A stretch of DNA of 64,000 bases, taken from Octopus sinensis. Its lineage: Eukaryota. The DNA is taken from assembly GCF_006345805.1 (NCBI RefSeq), contig NC_043015.1:34844001-34908000 (forward strand), in the 5' to 3' direction. A model generated the notes under the pieces. It had not been told where the DNA came from and made no database searches. It was given only the letters and a program-made list of their open reading frames with translations. This document shows, piece after piece, positions 1-13,406 of this stretch. The position numbers and the translations under genes were made by a program. Each line of letters opens with the position of its first letter. Position 1 is the first letter of the stretch.

Positions 1-344
1 AATCTAATGTGATGTCTTCGCTAGACAACATTGCAGCCAATTTCATTTTCTAATTGGATTTCATTTCAGGAAGACAAATACTGCATTTGAGTAAGAAATA
101 AAAATGGCATGTGATTAGTAAAGGTGTTTCTGTGTTGTACATACCTTTCCTAATGCAAATTAGACATGCAAATGAAGTGAAATAGCAATGAACTACAATC
201 AAAAGCTGCTTTAGATGTCAGCTGTCGTTAATCCATAATGTCCACTACAGAAATGGAACTATTAAGCTTCAAGAGCGATAATGGCCAATTTAAGTCATTA
301 TCTATGTCCAGCCGTCAACTGACTGACGTCTTGAAGTATGTGAA

Positions 345-349
345 TGTGA

Positions 350-414
<65 letters not shown>
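345..414. repeat. (TG)n microsatellite; similar pure tract at 897-961
   Basis: Dinucleotide run read directly; explains the VCVC/HTHT ORFs. Confidence 0.95.
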
Positions 415-417
<3 letters not shown>

Positions 418-892
418 GTATGCAAATATCTATGCGGATGTGAATATAGAAGTAAAGTGTGTGGTATCGGGTGAGAGATGTGAGAGACTCTGAACTGAAA
501 CCAATCAATAAGCTTTTATAGAAATTGACAATTTATGGAGAGTACACAGAAACGCATTAGAGGATTTGTTGTTTCTCTAACAACCAACACACGATGATGA
601 CTTGTAAACAGTCGAGAGATAAATCAGCAACGATATCTCACCTGAACCTCTTTCTCTCTCCCCAATTTCTCTACCTCTCTCTCACTCACTCTTTCTCTCT
701 CTTTCTCTTTTTCTCTCTTTCCTTTCTCACTCTCACCCCTCTCTCTCTTTTCTTTTTACTTTTGATCTATTTCTTGCTTCTCCTTTTCTCTCCGAATTTT
801 CTCATTCACAATTTTTTGTGCCTTCATATCGTGAGGCACAGGCACACGCAGGCACAAAAATGAAACTGTAGTTTCTTCTTTTCCATCACAAT

Positions 893-962
<70 letters not shown>

Positions 963-1750
963 ACAGACATGCAAGAAGTAAATAGACACCTTTAATTTTC
1001 AAAATGTCTGATCTAAGCGTCTTAATATGTTTTCAGCGGTATAGAATTTACAATGTAATTATTCTTTTTCATTCCAGGTGCCATAATATTAAACATTTGC
1101 GAAGAGTAACCATGCCACGCACCAAAAAAATTCAGCAGAACTGTCAGATTTTTAATGAGGTCGTGCCTTTGTGAACTTGTGTTTCAGCCCACCAGGCCAC
1201 CACTTTGACCGACAAAGGAACCAGCTCTCTTCTTCCTTCTATTCCTCTTGCTACTGTTAATAGAATTACAGAGGCAGGCATAAGGGCCGAGACACTTGTC
1301 GGACGGCAGATCTTCCTCCGATGATCTTTCATAGGGTGCGCTCACCTTGCCTCCCCCCTCTTCTTCTTCTTCTTCTTCTGATATATATATATTGCATTGG
1401 TCTTGTTTTTTTCATAATTTCTCGCTATATATATATATATATATATATATAGCGAGAATTTACGAAAAAAACAAGACACGAAGACAGGTGGTGTACAAAA
1501 CAAACAGATGTATTAGTATAACGCTCAGGAATAGAAAAAGTCTTTTACGTTTCGAGCCTACGCTCTTCTACAGAAAGGGTCACAGAAAAAAACAAGGAGA
1601 GAAAAAATGTGTGAAGTGGCTAACGATCTATCATGGCGACTGATATATATATAACAACTATATATATATATAATATATATATATATATATTATATATATA
1701 TATATAACAACTATATATATATATATATATAATATATATATATATTATAT

Positions 1751-2314
1751 TGCAACAATGAGGATATTTAAACTCTTACAGGGATATTTTTTTATTAAAG
1801 ATACACTGGTTTAATATATTATATTTCGAAGAGATATTTCTTCTTCGAGAGTACGGTGGTTATGGTGCAGGAGATTCTAGAGAGGGTAAGAGCAGAAATC
1901 CCAGTAAGAGGAAGCTGGTATGTGCCTATATTGGACCGCGTGGTGCGATGCCAGCAGCATAGCGATAGGGGTTGTCCTAGAAATCGGAGGTGTTGAATTG
2001 GAGGACGCAGCCTGACGCCGAAATAGCTTGTAATGTGAGGAACAAAACACAGTTCATCTTCCCTTTGAGTTTCGGCTTTCCAGCCGTGTTAAATCCGAGA
2101 CGTGCCCTACCCGTCTCGCCTATCACTAGAAGCTACTGCTAAAGCCCTGTCTTCACCTCGTTTCCACACACGTCCGTTCACCACGATTACACCGGGGCCA
2201 AAGAGAACTGCATTGGTCTTACTCTCCTCACTTCGTCGCTCACTCTTCCTCTTCAGTGGGGCCCCTCGGCTGTTGACGTCACTGCCCTTTCCTTTCGGGT
2301 CACCTCATCCCACA
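1751..2314 (-). mobile_element. Putative solo LTR
   Basis: GC-richer island in TA tracts. On the minus strand it starts TGTGGGA, ends in CA, and has AATAAA near its 3' end. Shares motifs (ttcctcttc...ttgacgtca...cccaca on +) with the LTR-like end at 9641-9864. No exact TSD; left boundary could be 1751 or 1759. Confidence 0.45.
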
Positions 2315-3030
2315 ATACGCTTTACCCAAAGACACTCGCATGAAAATCAGGAAAATGGAGTATGTATACATGTACATGTATATGTGTATACGCTTTTGTA
2401 TGTACACGCGCGTGTGTAAGCTACTTTGCTCAATAAATGTTTATGTTTATGGCATAAGAGAAGAGCGCAGAAGGTGTTGAACGTGGTAGAAAAGTATTGG
2501 TTAAGGCTCTTGTCATTTATTTATGGAGAAATCAGTGAAAATATCGGACTTACAAACCGAATGATGTATGTCATCTGTCAACGTCAAAAAACAAAAACGG
2601 AAGGATTGTATACTACTCTAACACACACACGCTCACGTACACACACACATACACACACGCAAGCACGCTCTCTCATGCGCACACACACACGCTAACACGC
2701 ACACATGCACACGCGCGCACGCGTGCTCACACAAATATACATGCATACGCACGCACACGCATGCGTACACAGACACACACATACTCGTGCATGCATGTAC
2801 GCGCACTCACGCATGCGCGCACGTACGTACATTTATAGATAAGTAATGGATTCAATCGATGCATGTCGGAATTGTTGTTCGTCTGTGATATTATGGACGG
2901 CTTATATGGGTGGGTTATCATTGAACGATATAATTACCCAAAGCCAGCTGTAGTTGCTGGACGTCGCATCGCACCACTCCACACAACACATACAAACACA
3001 CATACAAACACACATTCACAGTAAACATAC

Positions 3031-3068
<38 letters not shown>

Positions 3069-3399
3069 TTGACACACACACACACATTAACGACCATTTT
3101 CAGTTCTAGATAAATGATAATGGTCATCTGGTGTTAGTAAACAGAACCGCGCCTTAATGGACAGTTGAGTAGAGAGCAGCCAACCGATCAATAGCTTCAT
3201 GTTAGTTCATCTCATCTGAACCTACCTAAATGCCCAGATGAAGTGACATCATTATCTGTCTACTGGACAAGATGGCCGCTAACAAAGCCCCAGACCGACC
3301 AAAGCCGTATGAGTGGATTAGGTGGACGGAAACTGAAAGAAGCCCGTCATATATATCCCGTGTTCACGTGACCGACCAGGCTATCACATGTTTCTACAC

Positions 3400-3621
3400 A
3401 TCACTGGTCACAATGCGCTTCCCATTGTTTTAGCCTTCAAATAACGAACAGAAGAAAGAGTGAGAGAAAATTGTGGCGAAGGAGTACAGCAGGGATCGCC
3501 ACCAGCCCCTGCCGGATCTTCGTGGAGCTTAAGGTGTTTTCGCTAAATAAACACTAGGAAACGAAACCGCGATCCTACGACCGCGAGTCCGCTGCCCTAA
3601 CCACTGGACCATTGCGCCTCC

Positions 3622-3624
<3 letters not shown>
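3400..3624 (-). mobile_element. tRNA-derived SINE, partial (head GTGGAGGCGCAATGGTCCAGTGGTTAGGGCAGCGG); head remnant again near 4258-4294
   Basis: Pol III A-box-like head on the minus strand; the same head recurs at about 4.27 kb. Confidence 0.7.
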
Positions 3625-3703
<79 letters not shown>

Positions 3704-3712
3704 ATATTATAT

Positions 3713-3770
<58 letters not shown>

Positions 3771-3929
3771 TAATATATATTATATATATATATATTATAT
3801 ATATATATATTATATATATATATATATATATATTCGCTATATATTATATCTGACTTAAAGACTTCATCAGCAGGTGGTGCTATTAAGTTAGACATGGCCG
3901 AAACCTATCAAAGTATCAAAGTATCCAAG

Positions 3930-3961
<32 letters not shown>

Positions 3962-3963
3962 TA

Positions 3964-4020
<57 letters not shown>

Positions 4021-4180
4021 TATATTTGTGAGTGTGTGTATATAACATATATATATATATATTTGTGAGTGTGTGTATATATATATATATATTTGTGAGT
4101 GTGTGTATATCTATATTATATATATATATATATTAATATATATATATATATATATATATATTTGTGCTTGTGTGTGTGTA
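3625..4180. repeat. Interrupted (TA)n low-complexity tracts
   Basis: Read directly. Confidence 0.95.
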
Positions 4181-4310
4181 TGCATTTTAATAAGAATATT
4201 TTCATTACTTAACCTTACCACAGCCAACGATAATTCTGTAAAGCAACTCTCTGGGAATCGAAACCGCAATCCCCTGGGCCATTGCGCCTCCACAATATAT
4301 ATATAATATA

Positions 4311-4344
<34 letters not shown>

Positions 4345-4605
4345 TATGTGAAATAGAAAGATGAATAATCTTGTAGTGGATTAATCAAAAGTTAACCGAG
4401 AAAGACACAATATGGTCCCATTATTCAATCGGATTTTGGTAATTTGTGCCTTTCGAAACACGTGTAGAATGAAATAAAACGATTTCTGTTCAATCTGCGT
4501 TCAGCTCCATTTCTTCAATTCACCACCAATAATTATATATATATATTATATGTAATCTTTAAAGGTATTTTGATATGCTGCCACTTTTGATGAAATTTTT
4601 TAGCC

Positions 4606-4693
<88 letters not shown>

Positions 4694-7009
4694 ACACTAA
4701 GTAAGTTAGGGTTATGGATCCAACCCACTAAGGGATAATATTTATCCATTATACTGTTGGTATAATACCCAAATTCTTAAAACACAAGTGTTTTTAATTG
4801 CAATGCAATTAACTTATTTATTGTACAAAATGGGTGAAGGTAAAGAAATATTTTACCATTAATTTATAATACAAATAAGAAAATGGAGAAACAATTTAGT
4901 TGGTTCATCAGCTTTCGGATATTAGAATGTTGACTTATTTATTCATTTAACAAAAATGAGAACCTTAATAGAATCCATATACAGCTAGTTTCTCAAAAGA
5001 GACACCTGTTACTTCTTCATTAGCTTCAAAGTTTTCTTTTTTCGAAGCAAATAAAATTTCTGCAAGGCGTTGCTAATACAATACCATTTTTTCAGTTCTT
5101 TCAATTTTTTCAATTCTTTCTTTGGAAAGTTTTGAGACAGCTGAATATTCCGTTGTATATTTGATAATCTGAATAAAAGCAAAGAAAAAAATAATCTCAA
5201 AACTAAAAGAAAACTGGAACTGATGCTGTAGACTAACTTCGATTAATCCAGCCACAGATATACTAAACCAGACAGTTTGCACATACCTCTTACGTCTGGG
5301 GTAGATAAGTAGGTCTTCTGTGAAAGTAAATGAAATGCTAATAGAAAAGAGTTCAAACAATTAACAGCAAATTTTGTTGTTTCACCTTCATGGGGCCCTG
5401 GAAACGAAGAATCGTCATAAGTGCCTCAGAAAAACGCTAAGTTTGAAAAGTAATTTTATATTTCATGTTTCCCTCTAAACTTTAAACTATCATGTAACGA
5501 CATTTGAGCTTACAACTCTACTTTCACTCTTCTTAATAAAAATGGCGTCTGTAAATGTATTAGTTCAAATTATTTTGAGAGGGAAGTGGGTATTTTAGAT
5601 TACAATGAAGGTGTGTTGTTAGTTACATCCTTGAGTTTATTTTTACGTTGCGACATTTTTTCGGATTTTAAAAAAATTCACATACTTACGACCAGGAACT
5701 TATGGTTGTAGACATCGGCAGAATAACAACTGATGTTCAACAGAGGTAGTTGAAAATCATTGACAAATTGAAATGAAGTCGAAGAATTTTTATATTTTCT
5801 TTTTCGTAACATCACGAAAATAACAATGACAACAAATTTGGTAGGCCAGTGTCTCAGGAGACTGATTGACATATAAACCTTAAAAATATACCATAGACAA
5901 ATATTTGTCACATAGAAATTTCAAGTGTTTGACGAAAGTTGATGACAAAAATATAGAAAAAGAAAGGAAGAAAGAGAAAAGTTTAGTTCAACGAAAACAA
6001 TTTGGACATGTTTTTCAAAGCTGAAAGAAAGAAAAACTTCTTTATCTTTGGTCAGAGACTTCTTAGCTAGGAGAAAAACTGCCAAAATTAGATGTACATT
6101 TATAGTAGTCTTGACCTATGGTCTGAAATGAAATTGCTGAGGTTGTTTTTCGCAGCCAAGCAAATGACATGAAACAGTGTTTAGCGTATATTGTAACAGT
6201 TGGCCGAATCGCAATATCTTTCAGATTCATCACTGAAGGGAAAATGAAAGGCTTCACATTGGACTTTATATTATTGAATACGATATGCATGTCTGATTTC
6301 TTCATAGAATTGCTTATAGTACTAAAAATAATAATCAAGCAGAAAAGTACCATCAATTGCTTCCAGAGAATGGCCGTATGTGTTATAATAACTAATACCA
6401 AGCAAGGACTTTCCTATTAACGGCAAATTCGAAGAAAACTTTAAAACACGTTTAATAACACCCGAAAAGTTGGGTTAAACTATTAAAGAGATCATCCAAG
6501 ACGCACGTTTTTCATTCAAGAAAACAAGAATTCTTTGGTAAAATGACCGACCGGTTGTAAACTCTGTTTAATAAGTAATCAACAGAAGTGTCCCTGGCAC
6601 AAATGCTAAAAACTGCTCTCGTGTATCTACCTATTATTTCAATCTGGACAAGGTTGTAGAATGTTAACACGATTAAATGGTGACGACGAACACGTATTTA
6701 TATTATAATCAGTCCTGAAGCCTTAGATAAATTAAGATAAGCACTATCAACTTGTTGAATCACATGGTGTTGATTTGGATTTAAAGGCAGAAAAGACAAG
6801 CTATACAATTTGTCACTGACCATACGCATCGATCAGGTTCACAATCAACTGCAGCTGGTGTAGTTGAAACTGTTTATAAGGTCAATCATTATGGTGTAGG
6901 GCCCTCTTTCGGCGACCCTTAAACGAATGAAAATATATCTGAGGAGTACAACAGGCAAATTTTATCGCTTAGTTAGGAGGAAGAATAGTGCCCATGTCCC
7001 TTTCCAGGG

Positions 7010-9517
7010 CCTTTGAGATTGCTAGGAGAGATGGTGGGAGGGGAAAAAAGTATACTGAAACCAGTGGTCTGACCCAAATGCTTTCAACAGTTGAGCGTGG
7101 CAAAGATCGCGCAGCCTCTCAAACTTCCCCCGCCATCCGGCTCGGCCCACAATCAACCATCGACAGATACGTCCCCTGCCGGTATTGAGTTACATCCAGT
7201 TGTGCTCTACCGAAATGCTACCCTGATCATGCGCACCCGGAGCAGGGTCGCTGGATTGACACCTGTCGCAGTTCCCTACTACCTTTTGGATGCTTCATCT
7301 AGTAACGTCGGCGTCAATCCTCCTGGCTAGATACAGGGTCCTATCCACGTCTATATGATGCATGGTACGCAGTCTCCTTAGCTCGGAGCCATTTAACCGA
7401 CACACCGCAGCTACCCCTTGCTTCGATTCTTGCGGCTTCCCTAACCAGGCCTTTTTTAATCCTGGTTAGATCGTCTGCCTTGTTTCTCTCTGAAAGTACA
7501 AAGACCACGTTCAGCTTCAGGCCGAACTCGCCGATCAGCACTCCAAGAACCCCCAGGCGGCGCGTCACTAACATTTCCGCAGCCCTTTGGTTTGTACCCG
7601 CTTCTCATCGGTGATCACCGATCCTACCCAGCCAAGCACGGTGGCCGAATCCGTCCAAATTTCGATGGAGCGTATCCCCCATTTCAAGGCAAATTCCACT
7701 CCCATCAGCACTGTGTCCAACTCAGTGACATTGATGTGGTTGTAGTCATCTGCTTTTTGAAGCCAGGCCACATCCTCCACTTCGGCACCTCCGATTTCCA
7801 ACACAACTGCTATTGTGATGCTTCAAGCATCACACCATATGGTGCCGTTATCCGATTTGGGCACAAGCCAGTTCCATCTAATTGGGTCTTCCGCTCTCGT
7901 CCTCTCTAGTATTTCCCGCATCATCGCCACGTCCTCTCTTCCACCTTGTCACCCCAGTTCCCCCTTCAGCTCGTCTCTTGGTGTAACTGCATGCCGTACG
8001 CAACCACACCGCGATCGGGTAGAGACCTGCTAATTTCCCGCACACCGAGAACAGTTCTCTCCTGCTGACGTTGGTACCCAGCTCCGGGATCTCATTCCCC
8101 CTCCTAAACACCAGCATGCCTGTTCCGTCTCTTTGAAGCTTAAGCCCTAGTGCAGCTCCTCTAACCATTGGTTCCGGTGGCTTCACAATCAGCTTGAATT
8201 TCTTCAGATGTCTCACAACCTCTGTGGCAGGTACAACGATCTCGTCCATTAAAATGTCATCTATATAGGAATTGGTGGCCCTTCTTATCCTATCCACCTT
8301 TCCCAGGATGGATTTGAGCACTGTCGCCATGAACTTCGGCGCAGAATTCAGCCCCAAACCCAGCCTCGTCAGACATGTCCGGCCCTTGTAACGCACCCGC
8401 TGGTATTTCCCCAGTTTGTCGCTCACATGGAGCAGCAAATATGCTGACTTCAAGTCGACGATCGTCGCTGCCTTAGTTGACTCTCTCCATACGCGCAGTG
8501 ACTCACCGCAGACGTCGGTTGCCTCGCCACCTGTGTGGCACGATACATAGCCATTCATCTCCCGGAAGTCCAGTATTGGTCTGACTTTTCCTTTGTTGGC
8601 TTGCACCACTCCTATTAGCGGTAGTGCTCCACTCACCACCTTCTCCCGCTCACATTCCTGACTCACGGCGCACTACGCCCCGACGGCACCAAACGAAACC
8701 AGGTCGCCTCCAACACTGACACCTCCAAGGCGGTCGATCACGTCCATCCCCATTACCACATCAATCCCGTCTACCATATAGTCGATCACGATCGCCCGCA
8801 GCCTTAGCGTTGTGCCTCGCTATCTCCACGTCGCTGTTCGATTTCGCTGCCGTCGACCGCCCGAACACTACTTGTCCCTTTCCATTTCTTTGTCACCTTT
8901 GGGGTCACGAGAGTCGTTGTGCAACCCATGTCCACGAGGGCCTTGAACGTGTTTCCTCCGACCACGACCTCAACTACGGGCTGCGACTGCACCAGCGCCT
9001 CTACTCGTTCGCGGGGGAAGTTTGAGAGGCAGCGGCTACCCCGTGGCCTTTTCCCTGGCCGCAATTTCGGGCGATTGCTCAGTCTGTTTGCACCGGTAGC
9101 AAACTGGTCCGGGCTCCACGCAGTCCCGCGCCATGTGCAGTCCCTAGTACTTAAAACATCGGCTGGCGAACGGCCGCTGTCGTTCCACAGCAGGTCTCTT
9201 TTCGTCTTTCACCAGCCGTCGCGCAGTGTCGCGGGATTCTGCAACCGTCATCACTCGCGGGCTTGAACGATGACCTCGCTCATCGCTTTATTGCTGCCGC
9301 TTGACAATTGTTGTAGTTGCACCGACACGTCGTCGGGAAAACCATTCACAAAGGCCGGTCGCGCTACCTTCTCCAGTCCCTCTCCCGGTAAGACCAGACA
9401 ACACAGCCAGCCTCCGTACCTCCGCAGCATATTCGTTAATCTGTTCCCCTATTCATCTGACCATTCCCAGCTTAGTAAAAGCGGTGTACTCTCCCTCTGT
9501 GTAAGCTTCTCGGATCA
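7010..9517 (-). mobile_element. Degenerate Ty3/gypsy LTR retrotransposon internal region (gag-zinc knuckle, protease, RT, RNase H, start of integrase)
   Basis: Minus-strand motifs in gypsy order: gag-like EYAAEVRRLA; decayed knuckles (HMARDC, VCYRCKQ); protease ALVDMGCTTTL (8804-9064); RT RPILDFREMN, VDLKSAY, YIDDIL (7878-8666); RNase H INVTELD, WTDSATVLGW, NKADDLTR. Multiple stops and frameshifts. Confidence 0.92.
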
Positions 9518-9639
9518 TTTCGGTTTGAACGGCAGTTTTCAACACAATTTCTAGTTAACTAAATACTTTTAAACTTCGTATACTGGTAGAATGTGTCAAA
9601 ATAAAACATTTTTGGATATTTTCGGTTTGAACGGCAGTT
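9518..9639. repeat. Short insert bounded by a 20-bp direct repeat TTTCGGTTTGAACGGCAGTT (9518-9537 and 9620-9639), sitting between the LTR-like end and gag
   Basis: Exact direct repeat read in the sequence; looks like a fragment of a different repeat family. Confidence 0.6.
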
Positions 9640-9640
9640 G

Positions 9641-9864
9641 CCTGTCTAGCAGTAATCTCTCCGGCGATCCCGCCCTGCCTCTGTCACCCACTATAAGCAG
9701 CTGCTATCTGACCAACCCCGGAGCGGATACCCTAACTTCCGTCCTCGATGCCTCCGACGGGTAAAAAGGGCCCACACCCGCCTCTCTCCGTCAATTTCCC
9801 CTCCCGCACTTCCTCTTCCGGTCAGTCCCTTGACTATTGACGTCATCACCATCTTCTTCCCACA
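9641..9864 (-). mobile_element. Truncated 5' LTR of the gypsy element (putative)
   Basis: Begins TGTGGGA on the minus strand upstream of gag; motif similarity to 1751-2314. Confidence 0.5.
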
Positions 9865-9892
9865 TATATTAAAAACAAATTGATTAATCTAA

Positions 9893-9968
9893 CACCTGTC
9901 GGGTATGAACCTATACGGGAATTCACTTACAAATTAAATCTCACGCCTTAACCATTTGACCATTGTCC
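9893..9968 (-). pseudogene. Degenerate tRNA-like sequence (Leu-like)
   Basis: TGGTCAAATGGTTAAGGCG resembles the A-box/D-arm of the intact tRNA-Leu at 11.3 kb, and GGTTCATACCC resembles a B-box; stems are broken. Confidence 0.4.
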
Positions 9969-9984
9969 TTAAAAATTAAATTGA

Positions 9985-10191
9985 TTTCAAATTTTGGCAC
10001 AGTGCCAGCAATTTTGGGGTAGGGGTAAACCGATTACATCGACCCCAGTGTTCAACTGGTACTTATTTTATCGACGTCGAAAGGATAAAACAAAGTCGAC
10101 CTCGGCGGAATTTGAACTCAGGACATGAAGACGGACGAAATACTGCAAAGCATTTTGTCCGGCGTGCTAACAAATTTGTCAACTCGCCGTC
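9985..10191 (-). mobile_element. tRNA-derived SINE family A; + strand copies at about 20830-21010 and 26350-26530
   Basis: Three recognisably homologous copies in the window (GAGTTCAAATTCCGCCGAGGTCGAC...GATAAAATAAGTACCAGTTGA). Confidence 0.8.
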
Positions 10192-11296
10192 TTCGGTATT
10201 AAATTGAGTGGTAAAAGTTGATGGTGGAGCTGAAAATGGTTATTTCTTCCGACTAGATGCCAGATAACGTGTCTGTTAGAACTGAAATTTATAGTGGAGT
10301 GAGTCGACTCCATGATAAACCATAGAACCCAAACTATCGAATACAGCACATAATTCTTTTTCAGTGTACTTTATTCAGCTCTATGGAGCAACATTTACTT
10401 TAGGCCATTAACAAAGGCCAAAAACTTCGAAGTGGACTGCATAGCGGATTGATTTATTCTGAATATTTGATTGATAATTATTAATCGCCCCCCCCCCACT
10501 ACAAAAGCAAGCACAGCAGAATTTGAAACTCGAAGTCTTCAATATGTCTACCATAAATGTGTAACAGACAGAGATATATAATATTATTTGGTTAAACCGA
10601 CTAATAAGCATTGGTTGTGTTTACTTTATCAAATCGGAAAGGATAAAAGGCGAGGAAAAGCAAGGTTGGATTTTAACGGGTTGTATTGCATCACTTCTTT
10701 CCATAGAACATATATAGACTGATTGGCAATTCACCTCCCTTTCATTCGAGAATTTGGAACAGATATAGGGAGACATTCTATAACATTATTTGTGTTCATT
10801 ATATACGATTAATGCGTGCAGAGATGGACTGTATAAAACTCCTCTCAGAAAGCTGGTATTGTTAATTGATGTACAATATAACGAATATTTAGGTCACTAA
10901 AGTGCAGAAACTAAATCAACGTTGATTTAACGAATGTTGATATTTACATATACTGGATCCAGCACACACTCTCTTGAAGCCACACAGCCACACAGTTGTA
11001 GATATACTTTAGTCCCAAGTCGGTCCTGATTATATGTCTATGTATAACGTTCCCGCTATGTTTAAGTAAATAATATTTTTTTTTTTACCCATGTGTCCTT
11101 TTGTAAGATGATAAAGTATGATTTGAGAATCTCGGCTGCTATTTCTAACTTTCAAACTATCATACAGAGGCTTTCTCGTAGATTTCTTGTAATTAAAAAT
11201 ACATAAATAAGTAAAAATTTGTCTTGCAGTAAAAACAGCAATATAAATTTAAAGTGAAAATAAATTAAGCAAAAAAATGCTATCAAAAAATACTTT

Positions 11297-11379
11297 TAGC
11301 ACGAGTGGGGTTCGAACCCACGCGGACACTCGTCCATTGGAACTTAAGTCCAACGCCTTAACCACTCGGCCATCGTGCT
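11297..11379 (-). tRNA. tRNA-Leu(TAA), intact
   Basis: 83 nt. Acceptor stem AGCACGA/TCGTGCT, anticodon arm TTGGA-CTTAAGT-TCCAA, long variable arm, GGTTCGAACCC B-box, T6 terminator a few nt downstream. Confidence 0.97.
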
Positions 11380-11502
11380 AACCAGTAAAATGGCGATAAA
11401 TATAAATATAAATAGCCTAAAGTCATAGTATTGAAGTTTTGAGTAGTTTTGGATATATTTTCATTTCGTTTTTTTGTTAACTATTATAACTTCTACAATT
11501 AA

Positions 11503-11989
11503 TGTAACCATTACAACCGCCGCTAATTCTCTCCTGTTTCATAGTGAGGCTCATCAGTTTATGATTTACCGTCAATGCCTACTATTGATACAGATAGAGT
11601 GATATAGTATAGCGAGTGGGAGAAGGAGAGGACAGTAGTGAGACGGGAGGGAGGGAGTGAGAGACGGCGATACTGAGGGAGGGAGGGAGGTGAGTCGTAG
11701 AGTCGCGCAGCTGTTCTATGGTCGTCACTAAGTCTCTTGCTTTTTGTTAATTACTCTTGGAGCTGCAACTGTTGCTGCTACTTGCAACTACGCAGCTGCA
11801 ATCGATTGTTGGTCGATTGATAATGTATGTTCGATATAATCTATTCTGATAATGTATGTTACTGAGTAATGTATCCAATATTATAACATTCCTCGTATCA
11901 AGAGATGAAGACCAGATTCTAATGCAGCAGAGTTGGCTCCGCTAAGAGACAATAAAAGGCAAGATATTTAGCGTTAAAACTAGGTGACA
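11503..11989 (+). mobile_element. Putative solo LTR
   Basis: Termini TGTAAC...GTGACA, AATAAA about 35 nt before the end, length about 490 bp; no exact TSD. Confidence 0.5.
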
Positions 11990-12003
11990 TATTATTAAAT
12001 TCG

Positions 12004-12151
12004 TAGGAGTGGCTAACCACATAGTTCCGGGTTCAGTTCCACTGCGTGGCACCTTGGGCAATTGTCTTCCACTATAGCCTCAGGCCAACCAAAGCCTTCC
12101 GAGTGGATTTGGTAGATGGAAACTGAAAGAAGCCCGTCGTATATATGTATA

Positions 12152-12194
<43 letters not shown>

Positions 12195-12925
12195 TAGCAG
12201 TATCGCCCGGCGTTGCTCGGGTTTGTAAGGGAAATAACTATATAAGCATTTTTAATGCAAAAAAATGCATTAAAAATGGAATAAAAAATGATGATAATTT
12301 TTTTTTTTAATCGTTGACTCAGTGTCTTCAAGCCATGAAGTCGTTGTTCTAAAAGAACGCTGGTTTCCTTGACAACGCATTACGACGTTGACTTCTTTAC
12401 ACTCCCTTCCCCACAGCTTCACGAGGGAGGGAAGGGGGAGAAGCAAACAGGTGCAGCTGTGAGCGTGGACGCCAACTCCGGCGCCATCGACAAACGAAAA
12501 ATTATGCATTAAAATGGAATAAAAAATGATGTTAAATTATTTTTAAAATCGTAGACTCATCGTTGACGCGCGCTAATAGCCAGACGGGCTCGATATGAAT
12601 CACGACTATAAGATACCCGAATTTGGTTAAACTGCACCGCAAAATGTGGGAGGAGTTAGGAATCTAAATCGAAGGGGACAGACACTCACACAACTAGAGT
12701 TTTATATATATAGATATATGTTTGCCCCCCCCCCCGCCACCATCGCTTTACAACCGATGTTGGTGTGTTTACGTACCCGTAATTTAGCGGTTCGGTAAAA
12801 GAAACCGATAGAATAAGTACTAGGCTTACAAAGAATAAGTTCTGGGGTTGATTTGTTCAACTGAAGGCAGTGCTCCAGCATGGCCATAGTCAAATGACTG
12901 AAACAAATAAAACAAATAAAAGTAG
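12004..12925 (+). mobile_element. tRNA-derived SINE family B with an internal TA/TG tract, split by a Helitron; other copies at about 19680-19880, 28420-28720, 44040-44690, 57000-57110(-), 59630-59930(-)
   Basis: Recurrent core GAGTGGATTTGGTAGATGGAAACTGAAAGAAGCCC and tail GATAGAATAAGTAC...CCAGCATGGCC. Confidence 0.85.
12194..12714 (-). mobile_element. Non-autonomous Helitron
   Basis: On the minus strand: 5' TC, 3' CTAG preceded by the GC hairpin CCCGAGCAACGCCGGG, inserted between A and T, no TSD. Confidence 0.8.
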
Positions 12926-13406
12926 AAACAATCTCTTCTCTTTTTCCTTTTTTTCAAAAAAAAGGAGGTCCTGTTCTCCATTCATTTTATACAGGACTTC
13001 ACGGTCCCAGGCCGTGCTGTCTTAAATTATATCAGAGAAAATTTGGGAAAAAAAAGTTAATTATAAAAAAAAAGCAATCTCTTAGACGGATTTCTCACAA
13101 TTTTCATCCACCAAATTTTACACTCACGCACGCACACGCACAGGCACACACACACATATACACACACATTATGCAGTTTTATTTCAAGATTTTCTAGCCA
13201 ATAGAGAAAGAGCCAGTTTCTAACTTAGATCCAAGGCTCATTAGAATTTCAACATCAACAACAGGGTATTCTTATATATATGTATGTATGTTTGCATGTA
13301 TGTATGTATGTATGTATGGATGGATGGATGGATGGATGCATGCATGTATGTACATGCATGCAAACAAAATCTCTTGGCGTATGCTTATGCAAGTTAGTTT
13401 TTACAT

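Noticed and set aside
238-989. ORFs rich in VC/HT/YI repeats here and at 15142-15587, 19262-19599, 52232-52918, 59847-60227
   Set aside because: They are translations of TG/CA/TA microsatellites, not genes.
1075-1345. Exon-like GC-richer block with ORF 1144-1332
   Set aside because: No recognisable protein in any frame and no consistent splice pair.
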